IMG/VR virus record: IMGVR_UViG_3300037470_000126
Coordinates: 1 to 64,000 of that record
DNA from: a virus
Taxonomy: Duplodnaviria; Caudoviricetes
Strand: one strand, 5' to 3'
Length of the DNA stretch: 64,000 nucleotides
Shown here: positions 38,054-47,307 of the stretch, piece after piece
How the letters are laid out: every line of letters begins with the position of its first letter
Numbering within the stretch: position 1 is the stretch's first letter
Notes under the pieces: model-generated
Databases searched by the model: none
What the model was told of the DNA's origin: nothing
Seen by the model: the letters and a program-made list of their open reading frames with translations, nothing else
Position numbers and translations under genes: made by a program

Positions 38054-38321
38054 ACCCCTCAAGGTCTGTTTCCAGTTCGTCACCAAGGGCGGCGCGGTGA
38101 TGGACACGGAGCCTGAAGAGTTCCCGAACATCCAGGCCGCCACCAAGCGGGCCCAGGAATGGATGGAGCTCAAGGGACGGGTCCTAGCCTTTACATCATT
38201 CGAGGGCTACGGCGTCAGTATGCGGACAGACGAGATCGAGCATATTACCGCCATGCCCGCAGCAAAGATGGCCGAGCTATTCGACGCGGCCTCCACGGAA
38301 GGATTCCCGACCAATGAGTAA
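38034..38321 (+). CDS. Hypothetical protein
   Basis: GGAGGT RBS then TTG; overlaps the next start. Confidence 0.65.
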   Translation: MTAHTSEPLKVCFQFVTKGGAVMDTEPEEFPNIQAATKRAQEWMELKGRVLAFTSFEGYGVSMRTDEIEHITAMPAAKMAELFDAASTEGFPTNE

Positions 38322-39366
38322 GACCCTGTTCCTCACGGGAGCCTCCGGTTTTGTGGGGTCCGCTGCTCTCCAGCACGTTCTGGAGAACACGGACTGGCGG
38401 GTCATCTGCCCCACGACCATGCGCCACTACGGGGACCAGTCCAGGCTAGTGGAGCTCCGCGAGAAGTACGGCGAGCGTGTCCACGTCGTCCCCTGCGACC
38501 TTGCCATGCCGTTCCACCCTGAGCTGTTCGGCCTCGACGGTCCGGGCTCCGTGGACTTCATCTGGAACATCGCCTCGGAGTCTCACGTCGACCGCTCCCT
38601 AGGCGACCCTGAGGGCTTCATCAGGAACAACATGGAGCTTATGCTTAACGTCCTGCGGTTCGCCATTGACGTCAAGCCGAGGCTGTTCCTGCACATGAGC
38701 ACCGACGAGGTGTTTGGCCCGCAGTACGACGGCGACTCTCCCCACACGGAGTGGTCCTCGATCAAGCCCAGCAATCCGTACAGTGCGAGCAAGGCGGCCC
38801 AGGAAGCCATCGCCTACTCGTACTGGAGGGCATACGGCATCCCACTGGTGATCACGAACACCATGAACCTCATCGGGCCTCGGCAGCACCCGGAGAAGTT
38901 CGTCCCCAAGATGATCCGCGCCCTCAAGGCCGGCGAGCCGCTGACTATCCACTCTAACCCGGACGGTGAGAGCGGGACCAGGTGCTGGATCGGTATCGAG
39001 GACTTCGCCAATGCGTGGCTGTGGCTAACGCGGAAGTTTGACCTCATCACCCAGTCGTCGGCACACGCGGATCACCTCACTTACTACCCGTCCATGCCGC
39101 GAGAGCCTCACCGGTTCAACATCGTGGGCCAGCGTGCGTCGAACCTGGAAGTAGCGGAACTCCTCGCCGAGATCATGGGTGTGGAAGAGCCGGACATTCA
39201 GATGGTGAACTTCCACACCAGCCGGCCGGGACACGATATGCACTACGGCCTAGACGGATCCAAGCTAGCCCACTTCGGCTGGACCCCGCCGTCGAACCTC
39301 ACGGACCGCCTGATCGAGACCGTCCACTGGTACCAGGACTTCCCCTCTGCTCTGGAGACACGGTGA
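38314..39366 (+). CDS. NAD-dependent NDP-sugar 4,6-dehydratase/epimerase (RmlB-like extended SDR)
   Basis: TGASGFVG; ASESHVDRS; STDEVFG; PSNPYSASKAA; NTMNLIGPRQHPEKFVP; RPGHDMHY. Confidence 0.92.
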   Translation: MSKTLFLTGASGFVGSAALQHVLENTDWRVICPTTMRHYGDQSRLVELREKYGERVHVVPCDLAMPFHPELFGLDGPGSVDFIWNIASESHVDRSLGDPEGFIRNNMELMLNVLRFAIDVKPRLFLHMSTDEVFGPQYDGDSPHTEWSSIKPSNPYSASKAAQEAIAYSYWRAYGIPLVITNTMNLIGPRQHPEKFVPKMIRALKAGEPLTIHSNPDGESGTRCWIGIEDFANAWLWLTRKFDLITQSSAHADHLTYYPSMPREPHRFNIVGQRASNLEVAELLAEIMGVEEPDIQMVNFHTSRPGHDMHYGLDGSKLAHFGWTPPSNLTDRLIETVHWYQDFPSALETR

Positions 39367-39776
39367 ACCCGCCTCTATACCTCGTAGGTTCGTGGGGTAT
39401 CGGTAAGTCCACCGTGGCGAACCAGCTAGGTATCCCCCACCTGGATCTGAGTAAGGACCTGAATCTCCCCGACACAATCGACCAACCGAGGCTGGTGTGG
39501 GAGAATATGATCAAGCCCGCTCTAGCCTACTCCGAGTTGCGGGGCGGCATGGTCATCTCCGTAGGTTCCCGGTGCATGGTCGGGGATGATGAGCGGGAGT
39601 GGGCACTCCGTGATTGGCTGGCTGATCTTAGCCCCCGAGTGGTTAGGCTAACTGGGGAACCCCGGCGGCCGTTGACTCGGTGCGAGGAGGCTATCCTGCC
39701 CGTTGCGGGTAAGTCAGTTCCTGCCCGCCCTCGGAGTGAAGCGGTAGCCCGGATCAAGGAATGGTTTTCACTATGA
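39363..39776 (+). CDS. Small P-loop kinase-like protein
   Basis: LVGSWGIGKST. Confidence 0.7.
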   Translation: MNPPLYLVGSWGIGKSTVANQLGIPHLDLSKDLNLPDTIDQPRLVWENMIKPALAYSELRGGMVISVGSRCMVGDDEREWALRDWLADLSPRVVRLTGEPRRPLTRCEEAILPVAGKSVPARPRSEAVARIKEWFSL

Positions 39777-40318
39777 CCACGTTCTATCTCGTAGGCTCAT
39801 CCGGAGTAGGTAAGACGACCACCGCGGGACTTCTGGCCAAGCGGGGGGTCTGTGTCCATCGTGAGGCGAGCACAGAGTCCAGGAACAAGGCTGGTGCCAA
39901 GTGGCACAAGTCGCCTGAGACCGACTGGCAGATCATCCAGCCGGTGCTGACTGACATGGAAGCTCACCAGGGATCCCTTCCCCTCATGGTTGTACTAGGA
40001 GCCGGCACACAGCTATACGGTCAGTTGAACAACCGGGCTATCCAGAAGTGGCTGGACTCTCGAAAGGACCGGGTGATCTGGCTACAGTCTTCCCACGAGG
40101 AAGCTTACCGTCACTACCGGGAGCGGGCGGTTAAGCACCGTCACGGGGCCAGTAAGACCTTCCCCCAGTTCGTCAAGGTCGAGTTTGATCCGCTCCGCAC
40201 CGACCTGTATTCCGTAGCAGGCCTGAGGGTGGACGTCAACGGGCAGACAGTCAGCCAGACAGCAGACGCGGTAACCAGCCTGATCAACCAGTACGGGAAG
40301 GCTTCGAACCATGCATAA
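39773..40318 (+). CDS. Small P-loop kinase-like protein (shikimate/adenylate-kinase fold)
   Basis: LVGSSGVGKTT; VIWLQSS; RVDVNG. Confidence 0.75.
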   Translation: MTTFYLVGSSGVGKTTTAGLLAKRGVCVHREASTESRNKAGAKWHKSPETDWQIIQPVLTDMEAHQGSLPLMVVLGAGTQLYGQLNNRAIQKWLDSRKDRVIWLQSSHEEAYRHYRERAVKHRHGASKTFPQFVKVEFDPLRTDLYSVAGLRVDVNGQTVSQTADAVTSLINQYGKASNHA

Positions 40319-41105
40319 GATCCTGGACGCCCTCGCCGCCGGCAACTTCCATGAGCCGCTGGAAGCTAACCCCCTCCGAGCCATGGGAGTTGGTCTCCCC
40401 AGTGATGAGGGCTACCAGGCCCTCCAAGAGGAGGTCCGGTATATCATGGCTCATCTGTCCCCGTCTCACGTGGCATCCAAGGGCCATGGTACTAACTGGA
40501 CCAAGCCGGTGGGGCAGGTGCGACAGTGGTCCCTCTTCAACACCCACAGGGACACGAGCAACACCAGCGACGATTTCAACTACCACAACATCCCCGACAA
40601 GCGACCCGTTCCCGGGTACAGCTTCCTCGGGAAGATGTGCCGAACTCTGCCGAGTCTGGTGAACATGCGGCTTAACGCCATGTCGCCTGGCGGTGCCTTG
40701 TCGCCCCATGAGGAGCACCTACCGATCGCCATCGGCTCAGACAAGGTGGCTTTCCGTTGCCGCTTCCACCTCCCTGTGTTCACCAACCCAGAATCGGTCA
40801 TGCTGGCCGACGGGGACCTGTTCCACTTCCAGGGAGGCAAGGTCTATGCCTTCAACAACGGGTGTATCCACTCCGCGAAGAACGACGGCGGCAGTGAGAG
40901 GGTACACCTGGTCTGGGACCAGCTCATGACCGAGCGGGCTATCCAAGCCATGTTTGATGGTGACCGAACTCCGTCCTGGCTCATCTCTGCCGTCCAGCCG
41001 ATCAACCCGGTGGGTCACCTGGATGTGACCAAGTTCCAGCCGTCAGGCGGCATGAAGCGCCAGGAGTTCGACCGCCGTCGAGTCGTGTTCCACCCGGGGG
41101 TCTGA
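40311..41105 (+). CDS. Aspartyl/asparaginyl beta-hydroxylase-like 2OG-Fe(II) oxygenase
   Basis: MSPGGALSPHEE; RFHLP; FNNGCIHSAKNDGGSERVHLVWD. Confidence 0.85.
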   Translation: MHKILDALAAGNFHEPLEANPLRAMGVGLPSDEGYQALQEEVRYIMAHLSPSHVASKGHGTNWTKPVGQVRQWSLFNTHRDTSNTSDDFNYHNIPDKRPVPGYSFLGKMCRTLPSLVNMRLNAMSPGGALSPHEEHLPIAIGSDKVAFRCRFHLPVFTNPESVMLADGDLFHFQGGKVYAFNNGCIHSAKNDGGSERVHLVWDQLMTERAIQAMFDGDRTPSWLISAVQPINPVGHLDVTKFQPSGGMKRQEFDRRRVVFHPGV

Positions 41106-41106
41106 C

Positions 41107-41763
41107 ATGACCAGTATCGGAATGTGGTGGTTCAGACCGTCCGCTGGTACCACCAACTTCGGGGATGAGCTAGGTCCACAGATTGTCACCCGTCTGGGTT
41201 ACGAGGTCCATCGGGTCCCTCTCGAACAAGCGGACCTAGTAGGCTGCGGGAGCATCCTAGGCATTGTGGACGCGAAAGCCAAGCCTGGTACCATAGTGTG
41301 GGGATCCGGCCTGATCATGCCCACGGACAACATGAGGGCCAAGAGATTCAACGTCAAGGCAGTGCGAGGCGTGATCTCAGCACGTCGGTTGGGTGTGGAA
41401 GTTCCTCTTGGTGATCCAGGCATCCTGGTGCCCCTGCTGTGGCCTCGAAAGGTTAACCCCCGTCACCGCATCGGGGTTATCCCTCACTACGTGGATAAGA
41501 ACCGGTATGCCTGGGCGGACAAGGTAATCAATCCCAAGTCACCGGTAGACCAGGTTATCGAGGAGATCCAGTCGTGCCACACCATCGCCTCGTCTAGTCT
41601 CCACGGGCTCATCATCGCCGAAGCCTACGGCATTCCTGCCGTCCGCCTTTACCACCCAAAGGTAGTCGGGGATGAGTTCAAGTGGGTGGACTACATGAGC
41701 GCGTTTGCCGGCACGTCTATGTCAGAAGCGCAACGGGGGTTGATTAGGGCGCTTGAATCATGA
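41107..41763 (+). CDS. Polysaccharide pyruvyltransferase (ExoV-like)
   Basis: NFGDEL; GSIL; WGSG; AVRG; GDPG; IPH; SSSLHGLIIAEAYGIP. Confidence 0.88.
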   Translation: MTSIGMWWFRPSAGTTNFGDELGPQIVTRLGYEVHRVPLEQADLVGCGSILGIVDAKAKPGTIVWGSGLIMPTDNMRAKRFNVKAVRGVISARRLGVEVPLGDPGILVPLLWPRKVNPRHRIGVIPHYVDKNRYAWADKVINPKSPVDQVIEEIQSCHTIASSSLHGLIIAEAYGIPAVRLYHPKVVGDEFKWVDYMSAFAGTSMSEAQRGLIRALES

Positions 41764-42398
41764 GTGAGCTAGAGATCCTAGACAGTATCACTGTGGTGAT
41801 CCCCGTACACCCCGAACGTGTCCGTAACGGTATGCTAGAGCGTGCTCTTAGCTCTGTGAGAAGTCAGACACTGCCGGCGGACGAGATCATCGTGGTTGAG
41901 GACCATGAGGGTCAAGGAGCCGCCAGGACCCGCCATCAAGGCCTCATGGAAGTAACCTCCGAATGGGTGGCCTTCCTGGACTCCGATGATGAGTTCCTGC
42001 CTCGTCACCTGGAGAGGCTCATGGCTTGTGCCCAGGAGACCGAGGCGGACTTTGTATACTCGTGGTACAAGATCAAAGGTGCCTCGGATCCCATGCCTAA
42101 CCGCTTCGGCAAGGCATGGAACCCAGATAAGCCCGCCCTAACCACCATTACCGTAATGGTTAAGACCCAGCTAGCCCAACGAGTGGGTTTTCACCCTGAC
42201 CCCAACCGCGTTAAGAATAGCGGTGAGGACATGATGTTTGTCCGCGGGTGTAACAGTCTGGGTGCTAAGATTGTGCATCTCCCAGAGAGGACCTGGGTAT
42301 GGCACCATCACGGCGGCAACACATCAGGCCTGAACACTCGGGGTGACGCGGTACCACCAGCACCCGTCAAGGGGCGTAAGAAGGGAAGGAGGAAGTAA
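41760..42398 (+). CDS. GT2-family glycosyltransferase
   Basis: VVIP; AARTRHQGL; VAFLDSDD; GED. Confidence 0.88.
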   Translation: MSELEILDSITVVIPVHPERVRNGMLERALSSVRSQTLPADEIIVVEDHEGQGAARTRHQGLMEVTSEWVAFLDSDDEFLPRHLERLMACAQETEADFVYSWYKIKGASDPMPNRFGKAWNPDKPALTTITVMVKTQLAQRVGFHPDPNRVKNSGEDMMFVRGCNSLGAKIVHLPERTWVWHHHGGNTSGLNTRGDAVPPAPVKGRKKGRRK

Positions 42399-42994
42399 TG
42401 GACATCACGGTTATCATTCCTACGATCCCCAGCCGTAAGGAGAGACTGTACGAGGCGATGGCGTCTGTTAGCTCCCAGACCAAGCCAGCTACTAGCATCA
42501 TCATCCAGGCTGATCTGAACTGGGAAGGTTCAGCGGAGACGAGGAACAGGGCCCTGAAAGCTGTCAGGACGCCGTGGGTCGCCTTCCTAGACGACGACGA
42601 CTCATTCCTTCCGCATCACCTAGAGAGGCTGTCTCAGGCGCTCTCAGACGCCCAGGCGGACGTGGCGTACCCTCTGCCCCTGGTGCTGGACAAGAACGGC
42701 AGGAAGATCCCGAGGCAGAGGGATTGGGGTGGCGGCCCCGAGTTCAGCGGCGAGACACTGGAACAGCGGTCGTACATCAACATCTGTTCAGTGGTCCGCA
42801 CAGAGCTAGCGGTGGGTGTGGGAGGGTTTGAGTTCGTCCGAGGATCTACCGGCCAGCTTAACGACGACCATGGTTTCTATCTCAAGCTATACCGAGCTGG
42901 TGCCAAGTTCGTCCATGTTCATGAGCCTACTTTCATCTGGAATCACCACGGTGGAAACACCTCGGGCCAACCCGGTAAAGGAGATGCCGCATGA
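42398..42994 (+). CDS. GT2-family glycosyltransferase (paralog of 41760-42398)
   Basis: VIIP; SAETRNRAL; VAFLDDDD; both end W.HHGGNTSG..GDA. Confidence 0.88.
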   Translation: MDITVIIPTIPSRKERLYEAMASVSSQTKPATSIIIQADLNWEGSAETRNRALKAVRTPWVAFLDDDDSFLPHHLERLSQALSDAQADVAYPLPLVLDKNGRKIPRQRDWGGGPEFSGETLEQRSYINICSVVRTELAVGVGGFEFVRGSTGQLNDDHGFYLKLYRAGAKFVHVHEPTFIWNHHGGNTSGQPGKGDAA

Positions 42995-43455
42995 GGGTTT
43001 TCCTGGGCGGCTGGTCTGGCACGGGAAAGACTACGGTGGGCAATTACCTAAGATCTCATGGATGGGTACATGTGGACGTGGAGGATATGTTCCACACCAG
43101 CCCTCGATCCTTCGGGACCTTTATTCGTAATCCCGCAGTGTGGCTTAGTGACAGGACTTACCCCACCGACGACGTGGTCATAACCTGGGGCTACGGTCGA
43201 GAGGGCAAGCCAACCGTTGGGCGGATTCTGGACATCGGGTTCAAGCCAGTTTGGCTGACGGGAGACCTTAAGCACAGCCTGGCCAATAGAGCCCGACGGG
43301 GGGACAAGATCCAGCACCGACCAGACCTTGAGAGACTACAGGAGGTAGAATACCTCAAGGCGGGTTACACCTGGACTAACATCCAGGTCTTTCACCCAGA
43401 TGGTACAATGCTAGCCACAAAGGAAGTGGCTGACATGGTATGTGACGCGGAGTAG
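42991..43455 (+). CDS. Small P-loop kinase-like protein
   Basis: LGGWSGTGKTT. Confidence 0.7.
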   Translation: MRVFLGGWSGTGKTTVGNYLRSHGWVHVDVEDMFHTSPRSFGTFIRNPAVWLSDRTYPTDDVVITWGYGREGKPTVGRILDIGFKPVWLTGDLKHSLANRARRGDKIQHRPDLERLQEVEYLKAGYTWTNIQVFHPDGTMLATKEVADMVCDAE

Positions 43456-43463
43456 GGGATTAA

Positions 43464-44102
43464 ATGTTCGTGGTAACTGGCTCTGGCCACTCGGGGACGG
43501 GCTGGGCATCCGAGTTCTTCACCCAGTTAGGATTCCCGTGCGGCCATGAGGAGTGGTTCAACGAGAGGCTTTACCGGGGCATGAGGACTTCGGACGCCTC
43601 TTGGGCGGCTGTACCTCGTCTGGCCGTGATCGGTGATGCCCCGCTGATTCTGCTCCTACGGGACCCGCTGGCTGTCGTCCAGTCGTTCCTACGGTCGGGA
43701 ACTTACCGGAGCCCTAACACCTCGTGTGTCATGACTCGGTACACTTACGACCAGCTCCCCAGTCTCAAGTCTACTCCGGATGAGCTGGGGCGGTGCATCG
43801 TGAGAACTGCCGACTGGGACATGCCGGCGCAGAGCCATCACCTTCTCATGACCCTCCGCATTGAGGACATGGCCCTAAACTCTCCCGACTGGTGGGACGA
43901 GGTCAGCGCCATGGTCCGATTTGTTACCGGTGAGACCGTGAGCGAGGATAAAGCCGGTCAGGTTCTGTATGACCTGGGCAAGAACTACAACGCCCACGCC
44001 CGGGACGCTCGGGTGGATCTGTCGTGGGAAGACATCCTGAAGCACCCGCTGGGATACAAGCTGGTGGAGCGGGCCACACAATTCGGATACGAGGTGAACT
44101 AG
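43464..44102 (+). CDS. Sulfotransferase-like protein
   Basis: TGSGHSGT (5'-PSB-like loop), GHE, LLRDPLAVVQS (3'-PB), LRIED. Confidence 0.75.
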   Translation: MFVVTGSGHSGTGWASEFFTQLGFPCGHEEWFNERLYRGMRTSDASWAAVPRLAVIGDAPLILLLRDPLAVVQSFLRSGTYRSPNTSCVMTRYTYDQLPSLKSTPDELGRCIVRTADWDMPAQSHHLLMTLRIEDMALNSPDWWDEVSAMVRFVTGETVSEDKAGQVLYDLGKNYNAHARDARVDLSWEDILKHPLGYKLVERATQFGYEVN

Positions 44103-45085
44103 TGAGGATCTGGGGCTGGTCGGCAGACCGAGGCGGGTGTCAGGCTTACCGGGTTAGGTTCCCGTTCGACGCCATCAAGGAACACAGGCCTGACCTGGTC
44201 ATAGGCTGGGGTGGGGTAATTCCCAAGCCGGCACGAGAGACCGCGGACGTAATCGTAGGTCAGCGGGTGTGTAACCCCGGACCGTCGGAACTCTGGCAGA
44301 AGTGGGCTAAAGCCGGGGATCGGAAACTGGTCTATGAGATGGACGACGATCTCTGGAATGTGGATCCGTCCAACGAGAGGGCCTATTACTTCTTCCGGAA
44401 CCTGGATATCCAAAGGCGGATCACAGAGAATATCCAGGTGGCCCACGCGGTTACTGTCTCGACCCCTGAGCTAGCCGAGATGGTACGAGAGAAGACCGGC
44501 CACGGTAACATCCACGTGGTGCCCAATGCTGTACCGGCGTGGCTTCTCGACCACCAGGCGGAGCGGAATCATCACGTCGGCTGGGGAGGATCTCCCACAC
44601 ACCACGGAGACTTTGGTCTCCTTCGGCAGGGAATGAAGAAGTTCCTCCAGCACAACAAGGACAAGACGTTCCACTGTATCGGCATGAACTACGCGGAGTG
44701 GATGAAGCTCCCGCCGGCACAGTGCGCATTCACCAAGTGGGTTCCCACGCCCGAGGACTTCTTCCTCACCATCGACTACTCGGTGGGTGTGGCACCCCTC
44801 GCGGACACCTTGTTCAACAGTTCCAAGTCGGACATTAAGTTCCTGGAGCTGGCCGCTCTCGGTATCCCCACTATCGCGTCTGACGTGCCGGCATACAAGT
44901 CCATCCAGGATGGCTGTAACGGCCTGCTCATCAAGAATGACCACGAGTGGGGCCGAGCCCTAAAGGCCAGCGTGGAACAGCGGGACTTCTTCCTGGAAAT
45001 GGGGCAGGACGCAAAGGAGTATGTGGCCGCCAACCGGACGACCGCTCACACTGCCCCGCTCTGGTTGAAGGCTCTAGAATCTTGA
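44102..45085 (+). CDS. GT-B (GT4-like) glycosyltransferase
   Basis: YRVRFP; YEMDDDLW; VSTPELA; GWGGS..H; FNSSKSDIKFLELAALGIPTIAS. Confidence 0.88.
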   Translation: MRIWGWSADRGGCQAYRVRFPFDAIKEHRPDLVIGWGGVIPKPARETADVIVGQRVCNPGPSELWQKWAKAGDRKLVYEMDDDLWNVDPSNERAYYFFRNLDIQRRITENIQVAHAVTVSTPELAEMVREKTGHGNIHVVPNAVPAWLLDHQAERNHHVGWGGSPTHHGDFGLLRQGMKKFLQHNKDKTFHCIGMNYAEWMKLPPAQCAFTKWVPTPEDFFLTIDYSVGVAPLADTLFNSSKSDIKFLELAALGIPTIASDVPAYKSIQDGCNGLLIKNDHEWGRALKASVEQRDFFLEMGQDAKEYVAANRTTAHTAPLWLKALES

Positions 45086-45110
45086 CATAGGCCACTTGAC
45101 AGACTACCAT
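45082..45110 (+). promoter_or_regulatory. Promoter of the packaging genes
   Basis: TTGACA-N17-TACCAT. Confidence 0.65.
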
Positions 45111-45149
45111 AGATACGGTACACACCCTTCTTATCTTACGGAGTCTGCC

Positions 45150-45674
45150 ATGGGAAACAGGGAGCCGGGAACCACGTCTCGTCCGCGTCCTACCCACTTC
45201 AACAAGGAGAAGGAGGCCGCGGACGCCAAGCGGATGTTCCAGTTGCGGACGGGCCCGGACAGGCTGACCCTCGCCGCCATCGCCGACGAGATGGGGTGTT
45301 CAGTCTTCCGGGTCCAGAAGCTCCTCAACAAGTACACCCCCAAGCTCCTTGAGAAGGACGCAAACGCCCACCGGGATATCGAGATCGGCAAGCTGGACCT
45401 CCTGGAGGAAAAGCTGTGGATGATGGTGGACGAGAATTACTACACGGTTTCTAATGGCCAGGTGGTCATCTTCGAGACCGGCGAGCCAGTCCCGGACATC
45501 GACCCCGTCCTAAAAATCATCGACCGAATCCTCAAGGTGGCCGAGCGTCGATCCAAGCTCCTCGGCCTGGACAAGCCGATCCGCGTGGACGCCACCGTGA
45601 CTCAGGTGGATTCCATGGACCGAGAACTGATGGAGATGATGCGTCAGGGGAGGGGCCAGTTCAATGGTAGTTGA
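45150..45674 (+). CDS. Terminase small subunit (HTH)
   Basis: TLAAIADEMGCS HTH; RRSKLLGLD.P motif; directly upstream of TerL. Confidence 0.8.
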   Translation: MGNREPGTTSRPRPTHFNKEKEAADAKRMFQLRTGPDRLTLAAIADEMGCSVFRVQKLLNKYTPKLLEKDANAHRDIEIGKLDLLEEKLWMMVDENYYTVSNGQVVIFETGEPVPDIDPVLKIIDRILKVAERRSKLLGLDKPIRVDATVTQVDSMDRELMEMMRQGRGQFNGS

Positions 45675-47307
45675 CCCCCTGGGTCCCGACCTTCACTCTG
45701 GCAACTTCGACCATATCGCTTACATGGAGTGGTGTGTTAACCATGTAATGCGTGAAGACGGGGTACGGGGGACCTTTGATGATCCAGATTTCGGCCTGAC
45801 TCTATGGGCTCGGGATGAACATGATGAGTTCCTCCTGAACGAGGCGGGAGAGAGATTTCCCGTACTAACCGCCAAGGGAAGAATCTTCGCCACCGAAGAT
45901 AATCCCATGCTGTTTGCCTTGGTCTACTGTCGGAATCTGATCTCCGATGACTCGGGACACGTTTCGTTTGCCGACCTTCACCTAGAGCTATGCCGCTACG
46001 TCCAGGCGTGGAAGAAGGCTATTGAGCCGAGGGAGTCTCGGACGGCATTCGTCGCTCCTCGTGAGGCCGGCAAGTCCTCATGGGTGTTCAAGATCCTGCC
46101 TCTGTGGGCAGCGGCTCATAGACACATCCGGTTCGTGGCCGCGTTCTCATCGTCGGCAACCCAGGCACAGAAGCACCTGTCCGGCTTCAAGCGGCAGCTA
46201 GACACCAACGTCAAGATCCGCGAGGACTACCCGGATCTATGCAAGCCAGCCAAGAGGCCTAGCGGCGGTAACGTCTCCGACACTCAGGAGATGTACCACT
46301 CCACGTCCGGGTTTACGTTCACCGCGGCCGGTCTCGACTCCGAGATCCTGGGTCTGGTCGACCCGAACAACGTCCGTCCTGACTTGATTATCCTAGATGA
46401 CATCGAGCCGGACGAGTCGAATTACAGCCAGTACCAGATGAAGAAGCGCCGTACCACGATCCTGGACACGGTGCTCCCGATGAACGAGCGGGCACACGTT
46501 GCCCTCATCGGTACTGTGACCATGCCTCAGTCTATCGTCCACCAGTTGGTCGAGACTGTCACCACGGACAAAGAAGTTCCACAGTGGATCAAGGACGAGA
46601 AGTTCAACGTCCGCTACCTGGAGCCTATTGTCAACGAGGAGGACGGCGAGCGTCGCTCCATCTGGCCGTTCAAGTGGCCGCTGGTCTACCTGGAAGAGAT
46701 CGAACATACACGGTCCTACAAGAAGAACTTTAAGAACCAGCCCGTCTCCGAGGATGGAGACTACTGGACCGAGCAGGACTTCCAGTACGGGGACGTTCCA
46801 CACCCAACGCATGTGGTCCTCCAGATTGACCCCGCCGTCACGAGTAAGCAAACCTCGGACTATTACGGGGTAGCGGTGGTCGCCTTTGACCGAGACGCGC
46901 GTAAGTGTGCGGTGTGGTACTGCCGGCAGTTCAAGGTCTCGCCCAAGGTCATGCGGAAGAAGGCTCTTGAGATCTGCGAGCTATTCCCCCAGATCGGCCG
47001 TATCCGGGTCGAGGCTAACCAGGGTCACGAGACATGGCATTCTGTATTCCACGATATGCCGGTTAAGGTAATCCTCCATTCGGAGTCCATCCCTAAGAAG
47101 GTACGGGCCTCGCATACGTTGAATCACTACCAGCGCGGTCGGGTGTTTCATACCAAGAAGTTCCCCGAGCTGGAAGACCAAATGCTCGCCTTTCCACACG
47201 TTCTCAATGATGATATGGTTGATGCCGTAGGTGCGGGTACGAGTTACTTCCTCAAGCCCATGAAGAAAGCCGGCGGCAACTCCATTCCCTATGGCGGGAG
47301 GTCCTAG
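45664..47307 (+). CDS. terL: Terminase large subunit
   Basis: APREAGKS (Walker A), LIILDD (Walker B), IGT, IDPA, DDMVDA. Confidence 0.93.
   Translation: MVVDPLGPDLHSGNFDHIAYMEWCVNHVMREDGVRGTFDDPDFGLTLWARDEHDEFLLNEAGERFPVLTAKGRIFATEDNPMLFALVYCRNLISDDSGHVSFADLHLELCRYVQAWKKAIEPRESRTAFVAPREAGKSSWVFKILPLWAAAHRHIRFVAAFSSSATQAQKHLSGFKRQLDTNVKIREDYPDLCKPAKRPSGGNVSDTQEMYHSTSGFTFTAAGLDSEILGLVDPNNVRPDLIILDDIEPDESNYSQYQMKKRRTTILDTVLPMNERAHVALIGTVTMPQSIVHQLVETVTTDKEVPQWIKDEKFNVRYLEPIVNEEDGERRSIWPFKWPLVYLEEIEHTRSYKKNFKNQPVSEDGDYWTEQDFQYGDVPHPTHVVLQIDPAVTSKQTSDYYGVAVVAFDRDARKCAVWYCRQFKVSPKVMRKKALEICELFPQIGRIRVEANQGHETWHSVFHDMPVKVILHSESIPKKVRASHTLNHYQRGRVFHTKKFPELEDQMLAFPHVLNDDMVDAVGAGTSYFLKPMKKAGGNSIPYGGRS

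Noticed and set aside
45664-47307. Inteins in terminase, polymerase or helicases
   Set aside because: Lengths are ordinary, and no C/S...HN-C/S/T splice motifs or LAGLIDADG blocks were seen.
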